Below are positions 24,301 through 37,052 of a DNA stretch of 64,000 bases, in pieces (position 1 is the stretch's first letter; every line of letters begins with the position of its first letter). The notes beneath the pieces are model-generated. The model was not told where the DNA came from and did no database searches. It was given only the letters and a program-made list of their open reading frames with translations. Both the position numbers and the translations under genes were made by a program. The stretch is from Antedon mediterranea (Eukaryota; Animalia; Echinodermata): positions 36,940,388 through 37,004,387 of the forward strand of contig NC_092670.1 in the NCBI RefSeq assembly GCF_964355755.1. The letters run 5' to 3'.

Positions 24301-27300
24301 CATCAGAACTATGGAGCCAGTGATTCTTAAACTATTGCCGATATATTTTTATAGCAATTTTAACTAATTTTTAGTCATTTGTAATATATTTCATTTCAGT
24401 CCTTGACTATCGTTTTGTAATATATATTTATATACCGAATAAATAAATAAATAAATAAATATCATAACCGCTCAGACCCTCAGTCTGAATGCGCAATAAA
24501 GCCATTTCGTAGTTAGTGATAATCGAGTAGAATAATTACTGGTGTGACCGGTGGCGCTGTTTTTATGTTGTTACTTGTAGCTGTATATTGAATTTTAAAA
24601 TGTTGACTTTTTAGATCATTAGCAGCAGTATACTAATTCTTTTTTTTTTCTTTTTTTTTTTAAATTTCTTTTTCTTTTTTTTTTATTAGTACAGTATACT
24701 AATTACATGCATAAAGCTTTATCATGATGTGATAATCAACACTACCTCACCCTCCGTCTTTGTACCATATATTCAATAGAAATTTGTTCCTTTTTTCGTC
24801 CACCACAGAGAAAGTGGCTATGAGCGCTCACTGACTAACCCCAGGATCCTCAGAGCTTAAGGGAGTCCCAGAGTATGAGCAGCCCCAATGCAACTACCTT
24901 GCATTGGAGGGCCCTTGCCTCATGCGTTATGCCACTGCACAGAGATGAGATTCCGTATAAATTTATTATCTCGTCATAGTACTGTATATTTATTTTGTTG
25001 TCCATCTAGTGTCTGTACATGTAGTAGTTGCACTTAATAATGAGAAATCAACGCACTAATTCTAAAGGATGTCGACGTGTGCTTCACTAGTATCATATTA
25101 TTTAAAAGGTATATTTACTGAATGATGCATGTGTGCTGAAGATGGTGATGCTCGGTGGCCTATCACATAATGTACATGCTTAAAGTTGTATCTATGGTAT
25201 CTAGGTTAAATTAAAGCATGCGGTTATTAATTATTATTATTAATTACTTTATTTTTGTTCCGATTGGAATTGAAATGCATTATAGTGATGTGATTTTGAG
25301 TTTAATAGCATGAGTTTTAAGTTACTGCATTGGTTGTATAGAATATATATAGGTTGTATTCTAGTATATGACATGGTTTCTGGAAACATGTATTAACATT
25401 TCTGCAGTACTCTGTCTACACTACCAAACTAGTTTGACAAAGAAGTGTGGGGTGCTCAAATATGGTAGTGACATGCTTAAATATGGTAGTGATATGACCT
25501 CATCATGTCCATATATTGGCGCATCATATTTTTTTTGTCGCATAAAGATTGATAGTGTAGACAGAGCTTAGAAGACTTCAGCAATGGTTTACTAAATTAT
25601 GAATGTAACCTATTTGAACTTGTTTAACCATGAAGCCCACAGGTAATGTACATGTGGTCTAATTCTAATGATTTATATAACTCTCTCTGGCATTTTAGGT
25701 CACAAGCATTTTATAGCATGCCCATCAGTAATGGGACTATCCATTGTGAGATTTGCTACATGATCCATTGTATACGTTAACCAGTGTCTAGGTTTAACAA
25801 TTACTATATTATGCTATAATAATGCATTTATATGCATGATATACCATGCACTGCATACATTGTTAAAGAATATACAGTATTCAATGCTCATGAGAATTTA
25901 TTGTTGTGATTGATGATCTCAAAAAACCAAATTCTAAAGTAAATATTAGTTGTTGAACTTGAGTAAAGCTCTGTACAACACTATCCAACTAGTCTGACAA
26001 AAAAAAGTGTGAATTATAGTATTGATATGCTCAAATATGGTAGTGATATGCCCAAATATGGTAGTGATATGATATCATCATGTCCATATTACAATATTAT
26101 TTTTCAAAATTCTATATTACTTCATCAAATAGGTTTACAACTCCCAGGGTGTAAGATATAGTATAACATTCTCTATTTTATTATTAAGCAGGGACTATCA
26201 AGTATTAAATATATAATTGTTTTTAGGATCAGGTTTTTGATTGGATTTGGGGTTTGAGCATGCCCAGTCCGAGTTTCCAAATACCCATTTTTTAACCATA
26301 GTAAACAATAAGCTACCGCATGGTAACCGTTTCCTAATGATTCCGTTCTCTTGAATATAACTGCCTAAAGAAGCGGCACGAAAAAAACAAATCCATTTCA
26401 TGGCTTGATCAATTTTCTTTTCACATCTGATTCATCCAATAACCCAGGTTGCATTTATTTACACTTTTTTATTACGATACTAAAATTATGCATTAATGTC
26501 CCAAGTATCCAGATTTATACTGCAAGTGTAAAGCTCTGTCTACACTATCAAATGTTATGTGACAAAAAAGCATGTGATGTTCCCATATATGGACATGATG
26601 ACCACTACCGTATTTGGGCATATCACTACCATATTTGGCCACATAACACTTTTTTTTGGTTAAATTATAGTTTGATAGTGTAGACAAGGCTTAATGAAAT
26701 TTAAATAAATAAATTTAAAAAAATTTGTTTTGAAATGACAAGTTACAACTGCACTATGCATTTGTTTATCTATGTTTGACGTCATAGACTATTAGTTGGT
26801 AATCAAGGCTGTTATTAATAAACACAAAAAAATTAATAATAGTAAAAGAATAATGATTACATATTTTGATAATCAGAACACTGAGTTTATATTTTAATAA
26901 TTGTTACTATAGTAATAGTACAGTATTTATGTATTGTTTGTATTAACCACAACATGTACAGGCAATATCCGTTATATTTTAAAAGCTTTATTGCTTAATG
27001 CGGCATTGCTTAGTGACACTGCTTTTAACGAATAAAGTATTTCAGAGCTAGGCAGTACTCGGTATTGGTGAACTGATTAATTTCAACATGGTGTTTTATT
27101 TGTCACTTGCGCAAGAGTAATAACTGTCAAAATTCAATCAAATTAATTGGCGAGATTGTAGATCTATTTCAAATTTAATTTCTCGGTTTGTCAAGTCTTG
27201 AAATACCATCTGAAAAAAAAACTGTTTAAATATGTTGATTTTGATTACTATAAGAAAGTAATTGCAAAGACTGGTTGCTATGAATGTATCACATTTCTAT

Positions 27301-30300
27301 AGTATAATAGTAAAAATACTAACAGTCTGGTTAGAAATTGTCTTTTCTCTCCTACAACAATAGATGTACTTACAACAAGTAAAATTATAGAATGCCCCCA
27401 TTGTCCTCTATGTTAAGTACTCCAATGGAATCTACAGTAAAGCTCTGTCTACACTATCAAACTTGATGTGACAAAAAAAAATGTGATGTGCCCATATATG
27501 GACATGATAATGTCATATCACTACAATATTTGGGCATAATAATTAATACTACCTTATTTAGGCACATCAAACTAATTTGATAGTGTAGACAGAGCTTAAT
27601 TCTTTATCTTAATTTGATTGTACTACTGTATATTACAAGTTTTGTTTTTTTAACTGCGTTGAATAAACTGATTTTTATGATCAGATTATACAATTAATGA
27701 ATGATGTTAAATGGAGAGAATATTTCACGAATTGAAAGATTGAATGTTAATACATATGAATGGCATGTACTTACATTGATTTTTTAAATTTTTTTTTAAA
27801 TAGTGGAATTTTGTAAATTTTACAAAAACTACATTTAAATACGTTTATATTGACTTCTATTACTTTACTAATAGTGTGTGTTCAGTATTATTATTATTGT
27901 CATGAGACTTTTGTCTTTTGTTGAAATTACTGTAATTCCACATTGAAATGTCTTGGTAGTCATGCGTATACATTTTTAGCAAATTTACTGCATTTTTTTA
28001 AATAACAATAACAATAAAAAACTTACATTATTTTTAGATCCTTTCCTGTTTATTCTAAGAAACGAAAAATAAGAAACAGAAAATTGTATTAATTTTATAA
28101 TATTTTCTTTCTCTTTTAATCCTTTACCTTGTCTATTTTCAAATTCTTTTCTTTTATTCATCACAGTTTTTATTTTTTTTTCATCATTTTCCATTATGTT
28201 AATGACACATGTTATATTACTTATTAGTATTGATTACAACATGTTATGATGCTGTCATGTAAAAAATCAATTATACGTACACGCTTTGTCGTTTTAAAGT
28301 GAATATTATATATGCTATAAATTGATCTGATAAAAGATTAACGATCTGTGTTGTTGATAGCAACAGTATATTTTATTCTCGTTATGGCCCGTACTGATGA
28401 CATAATTTGTCTACCATGTTGACAGGGAAGGTAGAAAGGGGTTAAATTTAACATGCAACTGACCCTCTCCTTTCAAATTTTTGCTATACAGTCAACTCTC
28501 CCAATACCGGACACCTTTGGGCTAGCCAAATATGTCTGGTTTTCCTGAAAGTCTGGTATTCGGAATGTGTTTCAATGGTAAAAAGAAATTTGTGATTGTT
28601 TGGAACTTGAGAAAAGTCTGGTATTGGGAGAGTTTCCAGTTTTCAGAGAGTATATTGGTAGAGTCGACCGTCTGTATTCACAATAACCTGATTCTTGGCA
28701 CTGTATCTAAATGTGGCCAATACCATAAGTCAATTCTGTGATACAGCATCTCATGTGTTTATCCTGTATCAGGATAACCCTTAACCTTCCATGATACAGG
28801 CAGTACAATAGGATACACATGATATGTTGTATTACGGAATTTGCCTATGATATAGCACTAAGTCAGAAACTGATTCTCAGTAGACTTACTGGTGTAATTT
28901 GCAACCTTATTGAGTAGTGTGAAAGTATGGTTGTAATTTGCAGAGGTTGTGGTCTTTAAGATGACTTTTCACCTTATAGTCGGGTCAAAATATGAAAATA
29001 TAGGGCTTGTATATATTATATATAATATTGTCCTTAGAAAAAATCCTGACATGTGACGGGACTTGAATGAATCTATTGTAATAGCATTTGTCATATTTGT
29101 ATACTAATTATATGTGTTATTGTGTTATACCTTGAAATATCAATGTTTTTCTTTTCTATAGGATGTATCTATAATGTATGCTACTTTCAAATCTTATGAT
29201 TTTAATTACATTGCAAACATCATCAACAGTGAAGCTCCACCTCCTTTTCTATCAAAGGGGAAGTCATAGTAAGTGTCATAATACAAATTGTACACATATT
29301 TTGCTTAAAGCTATGTCTACACTATCAAAGTTTATTTGACAAAAAACAAGGCCATATACATGACTGCAGTCGTGCTCAAATTTGAGTTGGTGTTTACCGA
29401 CCAATTGACCGACATAGTGAGCTGCGTTTGCACGTGATTAAAAATGTGATGTGCCCATAAATGGACATGATGATATCACTACCATATTTAGGCATATCAC
29501 TATCATATTTGGGCACAATTTTTGTCAAACTAGTTTGATAGTGTAGACAGAGCTTTATAGATTAGATATGAAGGGATTCATGTACACTGAAAACTCTATT
29601 TGAGAATACAGTACATTTGTACTCTAAAGCAAGTATTGCAGAAGAAATAGCCCATAGCTTAGTAGAACTTGTAGATATGTTAGCCTGATTATCTTTCTAT
29701 TCCCAGCGTACATTAGGTGTTGAATGAAAGTGAGACTGTGTCAATTATTCACAATTTGCCAATAAATTATCCATCTACTGTAACAAGATTGACATTTGAT
29801 CTTGTTTGCAATCTAAAACTCTACATTCGTCACTCTCGAATCTCTTGTTTTTTGGTAGCCCAAAGGACTACTTCGCAAAATGTGTTATTTATCCAGCCAG
29901 CCATATTGCAGTAGCCCATGTGTCTTTTACTAGACCACATGTTATTTTGAAGCCCGATTTTATTTAAGTAGATAAAATACTATTTTAGTAACCCAATTTC
30001 CATTTTAGTAGCCGAAATGCCATTTTCGTAGCCCAATTACCATTTGAGTAGCCCAATTGCCATTTTAGTATCCCAATTACCATTTAAATATACCAATTGC
30101 CATTTTAGTGTCCCAATTGCCATTTTAGTAGCCCAATTGCCATTTTACTAGCCCAATTGCCATTTTACTAGCCCAATTGCCATTTTAGTAGCCCAATTGT
30201 CATTTTAGTAGCCCAATTGCCATTTTAGTAGCCCAATTGCCATTTTACTAGCCCAATTGCCATTTTAGTGTCCCAATTGTCATTTTAGTAGCCCAATTGC

Positions 30301-32367
30301 CATTTTACTAGCCCATTGCCATTTTAGTATCCCAATTACCATTTTAGTAGCCCAATTGCCATTTCAGTGTCCCAATTGCCATTTTAGTAGCCAAATTGCC
30401 ATTTTATTAGCCCAATTGCCATTTTTCTAACAAACAAGTTTGAAGAAATGTAAGTTTAATGCTGCGATCAATTTATTTCATTTCAGCAAGATAAGACGGC
30501 CAGCTGGTATCAGTATTGACCGGCTGAAATTGATACATCCTGACTTCTTTCGTTACACTTTCACACGATACCTAGACGAAAAATCACACCGACCAACTAC
30601 AGGTAAGACAATCTATAAATACTGCAGTAATTTGCAAATACTGCAAAAGCAATGGTTGCTGTACCAAAAACACAGTTTGAGATTTAATAGAAATGTACAG
30701 TACCTACAGTGAAATAAATTTAATAAATATTAAGGTACTGTACATACAACATAGTCATAAAGGAACTAACATAGACTATAACCAAATTGCTTACTCCAGT
30801 AGAACAGTTTATTTATATTAACTATAGCATGTTAATACCCAATTGACAGAAAGAACAAAAAGAGTATATGATATACATACACTACTGTATTAGTAATGCT
30901 AGACTGGATTAGAATCCCAGCTATTGAAGGCTTATGATATGTCTTTTCAGCAAATAATCCATCATCTATTCCTTTTACTGTACGCACATATTCACCCCAT
31001 TTCAATACAAAGCTACCATTACACTGTATGACAAGTATTCATATCTTTAGTATCCCATTCACCACCTTCAGTCAGTCATTGAGATTTTAGTAATTTTTTA
31101 CAAAATTATTCGAGTGCCAATATTTAAAGATGTATTGTCCCTTTGACTAATTCCAAAAAAATTAAAAATATTAGATTTCGAAAAAAGGTGGGTCATTTTG
31201 AAGTATCATAATAGTTATTAACTATCACCAAAAATTTTTCGGGAAAAAAAAAAAATTAACTGAAATACAGACAATTTTTTGTTAAAAAAATAACTTTGAC
31301 TTCCAGTCAAAGTTTTCAATCAAAACATATCCCATAATGAAACGCGCTTGTTTGGCTACTCTGTATGCATAATCATAAAACTTCCTCATGATCTGTGTGA
31401 AAATACCTTCTTAACCGTGACGAGTTGTAAACAATCCTAATTTAGCATATGCATAATGCGTACTCATGGTTTGAAATCTTTGTTTACTTTCGCTCGTGAC
31501 GATTTTCCAGATGAAATGTAATCAAGCTAATTTACCTGTTAATTACGTAAACTTGTTGTTTTTGGCTCAAATTTTCGACTTAAAGTGAATAACTTTAATA
31601 TTACTTTGATATGGCCACTTTAAATTTAGAATATTTTGACCTTCATTTTTTCGTGTTTCAAGGGACAATACATCTTTAACATTACTGTTGAATAATCCAA
31701 TAAAAATTTGTTGTATCAGACAGATTTTACATTATTTATAAAAGACTTACAGTAAAATATTCCAATAGGGTTGGTGAACATCAGTCCAAAATACGCAGAA
31801 TTTTTTCCAAAATACGTCAAGTTGAGGGCGCTATACTAATCCAAAATACGCGAGTCTTTCCAAAATACGTCAAGTTGAGGGCGCTTTTCATTTTCCAAAA
31901 TACGCGAATTGTCCAAAATACGTCAACTTGAGGGCGCTATTCATTTTTAAAGACAAGGTAGCTAAAGCAAAAACATCCTCAAGTAGTATTATCTAGGTAA
32001 AAAGAATGTTTAGACATTGTGTCGGGCCAATTTAGAGCGTTTACTTTTCATAAAAATTTAAGATAATTATTATAGTTCTATTTGAGTATCATAATAATGT
32101 TACATTTTAGCATCACAGGCATAGAATAACTCAAAACCGCCCGGTGATATACTGAAATTTAATTAATTAATCTGAAACGATAACGATGAGGAAATCTGTG
32201 AGAATGAGAAAAAGTCATTAGACCACTGGGGCTTTCATTGGATTAGTTCAAACCCGATTGGATAGCGACTCTTTATATTATCGGCGTTGTACGGCGGAAA
32301 AGCACTAGTCCCTTAATTGTACGCACGCGCACCAGGATCAAATTGATACGCCCTCATCTTATATATA

Positions 32368-32410
<43 letters not shown>

Positions 32411-34369
32411 TTCGAAAAATAACTCCAAACTAGTCACCTCATTTTTCCCCTTCTCGTATTAATCATTTCATTTCAGGTATTTTTTAACAATAAAACACCC
32501 TAAAGTAAATGTAATCATATGTATATAATATACATATATATATATATATATATATATTGCCGTTTTTGCGTAAAAAACAATTACTTACTACTTATATAAC
32601 CAAATATTAATATTATTTGAAAAGTTTTAACAATAATGGTTTTTAATTATTACTTACTTTTCATAAGGATTGAAGATGATATTATAGTTCAGTTTGAGGA
32701 TTTAACTATGGGTATTTTGCCGACGTTTTCGTGTAAAAAATAATTACTTTACTTTTTCCAACCAATTATTGATATTATTTTAATTACAATACCATATGCT
32801 TTTTAATTATATAAAATATGAAATAACTATTATGTTAAGTTTTCAGATTAGGTAACTTGTATTAGACCATAAGTACATTAAATTGAAAGCGATGTTGGTC
32901 TGTCGAGCTCGGGAAAAATATCAATTTTGTAGATCACCAAATATATAACACATACCTATGACTATACTTGTACATGCTGTTTTTGTAGCCGGTTTATGCC
33001 TCATTTAAACAAGCTACGTCTGGCAATGAAATCGTACATCGTTCAGACATTATTAATGTATATTATAGGCACTGTCTATTGACTGATGTTGGCACATATT
33101 TGTTTTTATTCAGTAATAAATAATAATTGGCTACTCTATGGCATTTTATTTACAAAAAAATCTGCCTTCCAATAATTTCATTTATAACTAAAATGTCCTT
33201 GTTTGTTTTAGTCTAAGAAACTTTTTTTTAATACATTAAACTCTCAATATGATATGGTATTTTGGAAGAAAGTTGACGTATTTTGGAAAATTACTAGCAG
33301 TCTCAAATTGACGTATTTTGGACAAATCGCGTATTTTGGAAAATGAATAGCGCCCTCAATTTGACGTATTTTGGACAATCACGTATTTTGGAAAATGAAA
33401 AGCGCCCTCAAGTCGACGTATTTTGGAAAGACTCGCGTATTTTGGATTAGTATAGCGCCCTCAACTTGACGTATTTTGGAAAAAATTCTGCGTATTTTGG
33501 ACTGATGTTCACCAACCCGACTCAAATATTCATGATATCCTATTCCTTATTGAGTGGGTTGATGTGAACAAGTTCCTAGTAAATATTGTTTTACTTATTT
33601 GATTACCAATATTTGGTCCTTTCTATAATACTATAGAGACTCCAATCGTGATTTTAGCCCTTCAGTTATGCATTGAAATTGATATTTTTTGCACATAAGA
33701 TAAGATGCACTTTCAACTACAAGACATCATTTTTTTTTTACACATTACCGGTACTTACTTTGATTATCTTAACAAATAATATAATTTTTATCATTTACAT
33801 CATGGTAGGTGCTCTTATTGTGATTTTAGCTCTTCAGTTATGCATTGAAATTGATATTTTTTGCACATAAGATAAGATGCACTTTCAACTACAAGACATA
33901 AATTTTTTTTTTTATACATTACTGTACTTACTTTGATTATCTTAACAAATAATATAATTTTTATCATTTACATCATGGTAGGTGCTCCAATCGTGATTTT
34001 AGCCCTTCAGTTATGCATTGAAATTTATATTTTTTGCACATAAGATAAGATGCACTTTCAACTACAAGACATAATTTTTTTTTTTTATACATTACTGTAC
34101 TTACTTTGATTATCTTAACAAATAATATAATTTTTATCATTTACATCATGGTAGGTGCTCTTATCGTGATTTTAGCCCTTCAGTTATGCGATGAAGTTGA
34201 TATTTACGGATATGGGTATGATCCTAGATTCACCATGCATTACTACGACAAGAAATTTGTTGTTCACACCGATAGATCCACGGCCTCACATGACATAGAC
34301 AATGAACGCGTTCTTTGGAAGAAACTGCATGAAGAGGGTGTTCTTAGATTTTTTAAACGAGATATGTAA
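18306..34369 (+). CDS. GT29 sialyltransferase paralog 2, ST6GalNAc I/II-like type II membrane protein, multi-exon
   Basis: Exons 18306-18788 (basic tail, [20 protein letters not shown], stem), 20322-20493, 22164-22323 ([30 protein letters not shown]), 23181-23289, 29162-29268, 30487-30602 ([13 protein letters not shown]), and 34155-34369 or 35960-36174 (motifs S, III, VS). All GT-AG and phase-consistent. Confidence 0.93.
20513..20721. mobile_element. Unclassified MITE about 20 bp into intron 2 of paralog 2
   Basis: aggtaatttccc..gatcgtaatcaaaacggtactg and cagtaccgtttttgattacgatc..gggaaattacct inverted ends. Confidence 0.65.
23358..23564. mobile_element. Harbinger-like MITE
   Basis: aggccaattcagac..gtacgacaaggccc and gggcctcgttgtac..gtctgagttggcct inverted ends, with tta flanks. 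Confidence 0.65.
24812..24937. mobile_element. hAT-like MITE (cagtggcgtaac-type ends)
   Basis: Perfect 8-bp TSD cacagaga. Relatives at about 846-1014, 7769-7957, 15020-15202 and 20965-21060. Confidence 0.75.
27441..27596. mobile_element. Harbinger-like MITE family B (agctctgtctacactatcaaa TIR)
   Basis: TIRs flanked by taa. Other copies at about 10749-10886, 12131-12269, 25409-25568, 26532-26691, 29309-29554, 38044-38190 and 51340-51485. Confidence 0.82.
29985..30425. repeat. 20-bp minisatellite
   Basis: Unit gcccaattgccattttagta, about 22 copies, ending about 60 bp before paralog 2 exon 6. Confidence 0.93.
31128..31675. mobile_element. Kolobok-like non-autonomous element, long subfamily
   Basis: ttaa-agatgtattgtccc ... 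gggacaatacatct-ttaa. Confidence 0.82.
31768..33518. mobile_element. Foldback-like non-autonomous element with long modular TIRs
   Basis: About 170-bp inverted termini starting gggttggtgaacatcagtccaaaatacg, built from repeated tccaaaatacg and tcaagttgagggcgc modules. No ORF and no clear TSD. Confidence 0.8.
33641..34204 (+). repeat. About 173-bp tandem repeat (about 3.3 units) containing the acceptor and 5' part of terminal exon 7A
   Basis: catggtag-gtgctc recurs at about 33801, 33974 and 34147. The first two copies read [20 protein letters not shown] and [20 protein letters not shown]. Confidence 0.85.
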
Positions 34370-35530
34370 AATAGAATTTTAACAAAACTAACAAATATCA
34401 TTTCAACGTAGAAATCATACAGTCAGCTCTCCCAAACTGCTCACCTTAGAAACCAGACACTATTTCATAAACTGTATTTTGAACACCTGGACTTTCCAGA
34501 ATACATTATGGACAAGTCAAATGCAGTGTTCTCGAAATATAGAAAAAAATCCCGGACAATTTATTTATTTTATTCTAAGTCTACTGACAAAGGTAAAAAC
34601 GGTAGCCTCCACAAAAAAGTTGATAAGCCAGGTACCAAATCTTAAACGTACGATTGTATCAAATCTAGATACCAAAATGTCAAATTGTTGTATTTCTCAA
34701 CACACCCTACTACTATAAAAGTATTTATCTTATGTTATGTTATATTATTTATTGCAACAATAGCTTGTTACAAGCAGTTTCTTCTGAAATATTTGCTGAT
34801 AAACTTGGCTTCAGCTTGAGAACACTGCAATGAAAGATATTCAGTTTTTGGAGTTGTTGACTGTATCATTTTACCCCACCTTACAACTTGATTTTAATAT
34901 TTGCTTTAGAATTATAATTTTTAATATTTATTCATACATCACCTCACTTTATTGTAGTTTCTGTGTTGGTATTATAGTGATTCACTGTCTAATCATTTTT
35001 AAAAAAAATCACAATAATATTAATTAAAAAAATTTAAATTTAAAAATTGACATTTTCCCTTTAACCTCTAACCCTAATACTTTATCTTTTTCTTGTTTTT
35101 CTTTCTGCAATACTGTAAATATTTTTAGCTTCTCCTGTTTATATGTATTTTATTTTTCTGTATCAGTAGTTGTAGATGCAAATAAAGTTAATTTTTGTAT
35201 TTAGTTATTTTTTTTACCATTTTATTTATGTCTGATTCTTAGATTCCTGACCTTCATTACTTTTTGACCTTATATCTTACACCCTTCCCGTACCCCACCG
35301 CCAACAACCTATGACCTGGGTCTCCGCTGCTTTATTTCAATTATAAGGTAGTGGGTTTATCAATTTTACCGGCCTAGTATTATGGAATGTGATTATGAGA
35401 TTCACATTTAGCATTTCTTAACTGTGCAATGCAACAACACATTTTTATGTGAGAAGTTCTTTTGCCAAACCATTGGCACACCCATTATATTTGTTATAGT
35501 CAGGAAGTTCATGCTCTACCTATCCTTTAA

Positions 35531-35855
35531 AGATGTATTGTCCCCCTAAAAAAAAATTCTTGTTATTTTTTTGTTGAATATGCCATTTTAATGTGACCTC
35601 ATAGTTCCATTATTACCAAAAATTTAAACGAAAAAAAATGCATTTACCCAAAAAACTGTAATTGAAAGCAAAAAATAGTCAAATTGGCTGCCAGCTAATG
35701 GGCTTTTAGTTGAATTTAACCATTTATTTTGTCATTTTATAAGTGAAAACATTAATTTTTTCCGTTTTTTTCCTACGGAAAAACTACAAAATAATATATT
35801 CAAAGTCTGATTTTATTAATCTTTATTTTTCATGTTTTTGGGGGACAATACATCT
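35531..35855. mobile_element. Kolobok-like non-autonomous element, short subfamily
   Basis: Same TIR with TTAA flanks. Sister copies at 13939-14263 and 23815-24155, degenerate reversed copies near 2400-2690 and 19927-20285. Confidence 0.78.
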
Positions 35856-35959
35856 TTAATCAGTATTGTACACAGTACATAAAATTACTAACAACCATTT
35901 TTGTGTGTGTTTATCTTTATCATTAAGCTTCACCTTTTTTCGCTCTGCTTTCGCATTAG

Positions 35960-36174
35960 GCGCACTTGTCGTCATCCTTGCTCTCCAAGTCTGCGACGAG
36001 GTTAACATATACGGCTTCGGATACGACTCACGGTTCACCATGCATTATTACGATACGCAATTTGTCGGCCACACGGACAAATCCACAGCGTTACACGACG
36101 TGGATAACGAACGAGAGTTATGGAAGAAGCTACACGACGAAGGCATAATTAGATTCTTTAAGAGGGACATTTAG
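35960..36174 (+). CDS. Sialyltransferase paralog 2, duplicated alternative terminal exon 7B
   Basis: Pyrimidine-rich acceptor ending cattag, phase 1. Encodes [58 protein letters not shown]. Same length (215 bp) as 34155-34369. Confidence 0.82.
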
Positions 36175-36833
36175 ATTTGATAGATAGAGAGACAATATAG
36201 CCGATAATAAAAATAGTCAATAATACAGTATCTGGATTATTATCCGAATAAGTGTTGCACACAAAAACAAAAAAAAAAGAAAACTTTATAATGTATCGCT
36301 AATGATTTTAACATTTTCCAAATTTTGCTAAAGGCACATAATTCTCCAAATAAACACTAATATTTTACATTGCCTATAATGACATATTAACAATATATTA
36401 TACAATAGGAAATGCATACTTGTGTGCTTTGTGAGTGCTTTGTTTTCTGAGGCAAGGTTCGATTGATAATTGATTTTATGAATTAATGAATGCACTGTTT
36501 GCACAGCATTTATTGTCCAGAAAATATTAAATTAGAAATTAGTTTGACTATTAGAAAAAAGTGACGCCCTAAAACCCTGAAAATAGAAATTTGTATTTTG
36601 TACAATACATTCTGAAATAATTGCATTAGACATTTGTGTTTTGTACAATACATTCTGAAATAATTGCAAAAGAAATTTGTATTTTTTACAATACATTCTG
36701 AAATAATTGCAAAAGATAGGTCAAACACACAAAGATAATTCAAATTACCTCTATCGTGGTCTAAATTGGAAGATTATATAATGACTGACGGAACAGGATG
36801 CTCAAGGTGTTGGGGACGCCGTGATCGTTACAT

Positions 36834-37052
36834 CAAGGCAATCTAACAGAATGCTGAGCTTCGTATATTAAAAGGTTTATCTGTGGCTGCGACACAAACA
36901 GTTCCACGCCCACTAACAGACACCGCACTTGTGAGAATATTTACATGATATACAGTACTGTATGTATGTCGCAGCCAGACATAAGATTAAAGGACTGTTA
37001 CGAGTTCCTATCTTGGCAAGCGAGCTCAGTGCCCCGTTGTTAGATTACCTTG
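36834..37052. mobile_element. Small MITE with CAAGG ends, possibly P-superfamily
   Basis: caaggcaatctaaca / tgttagattaccttg. The 7-bp flanks gttacat and tttaaat match at 5 of 7 positions. Confidence 0.5.

Noticed and set aside
29985-30425. Regular short repeats as a possible CRISPR or other functional array
   Set aside because: Contiguous 20-bp minisatellite without spacers.
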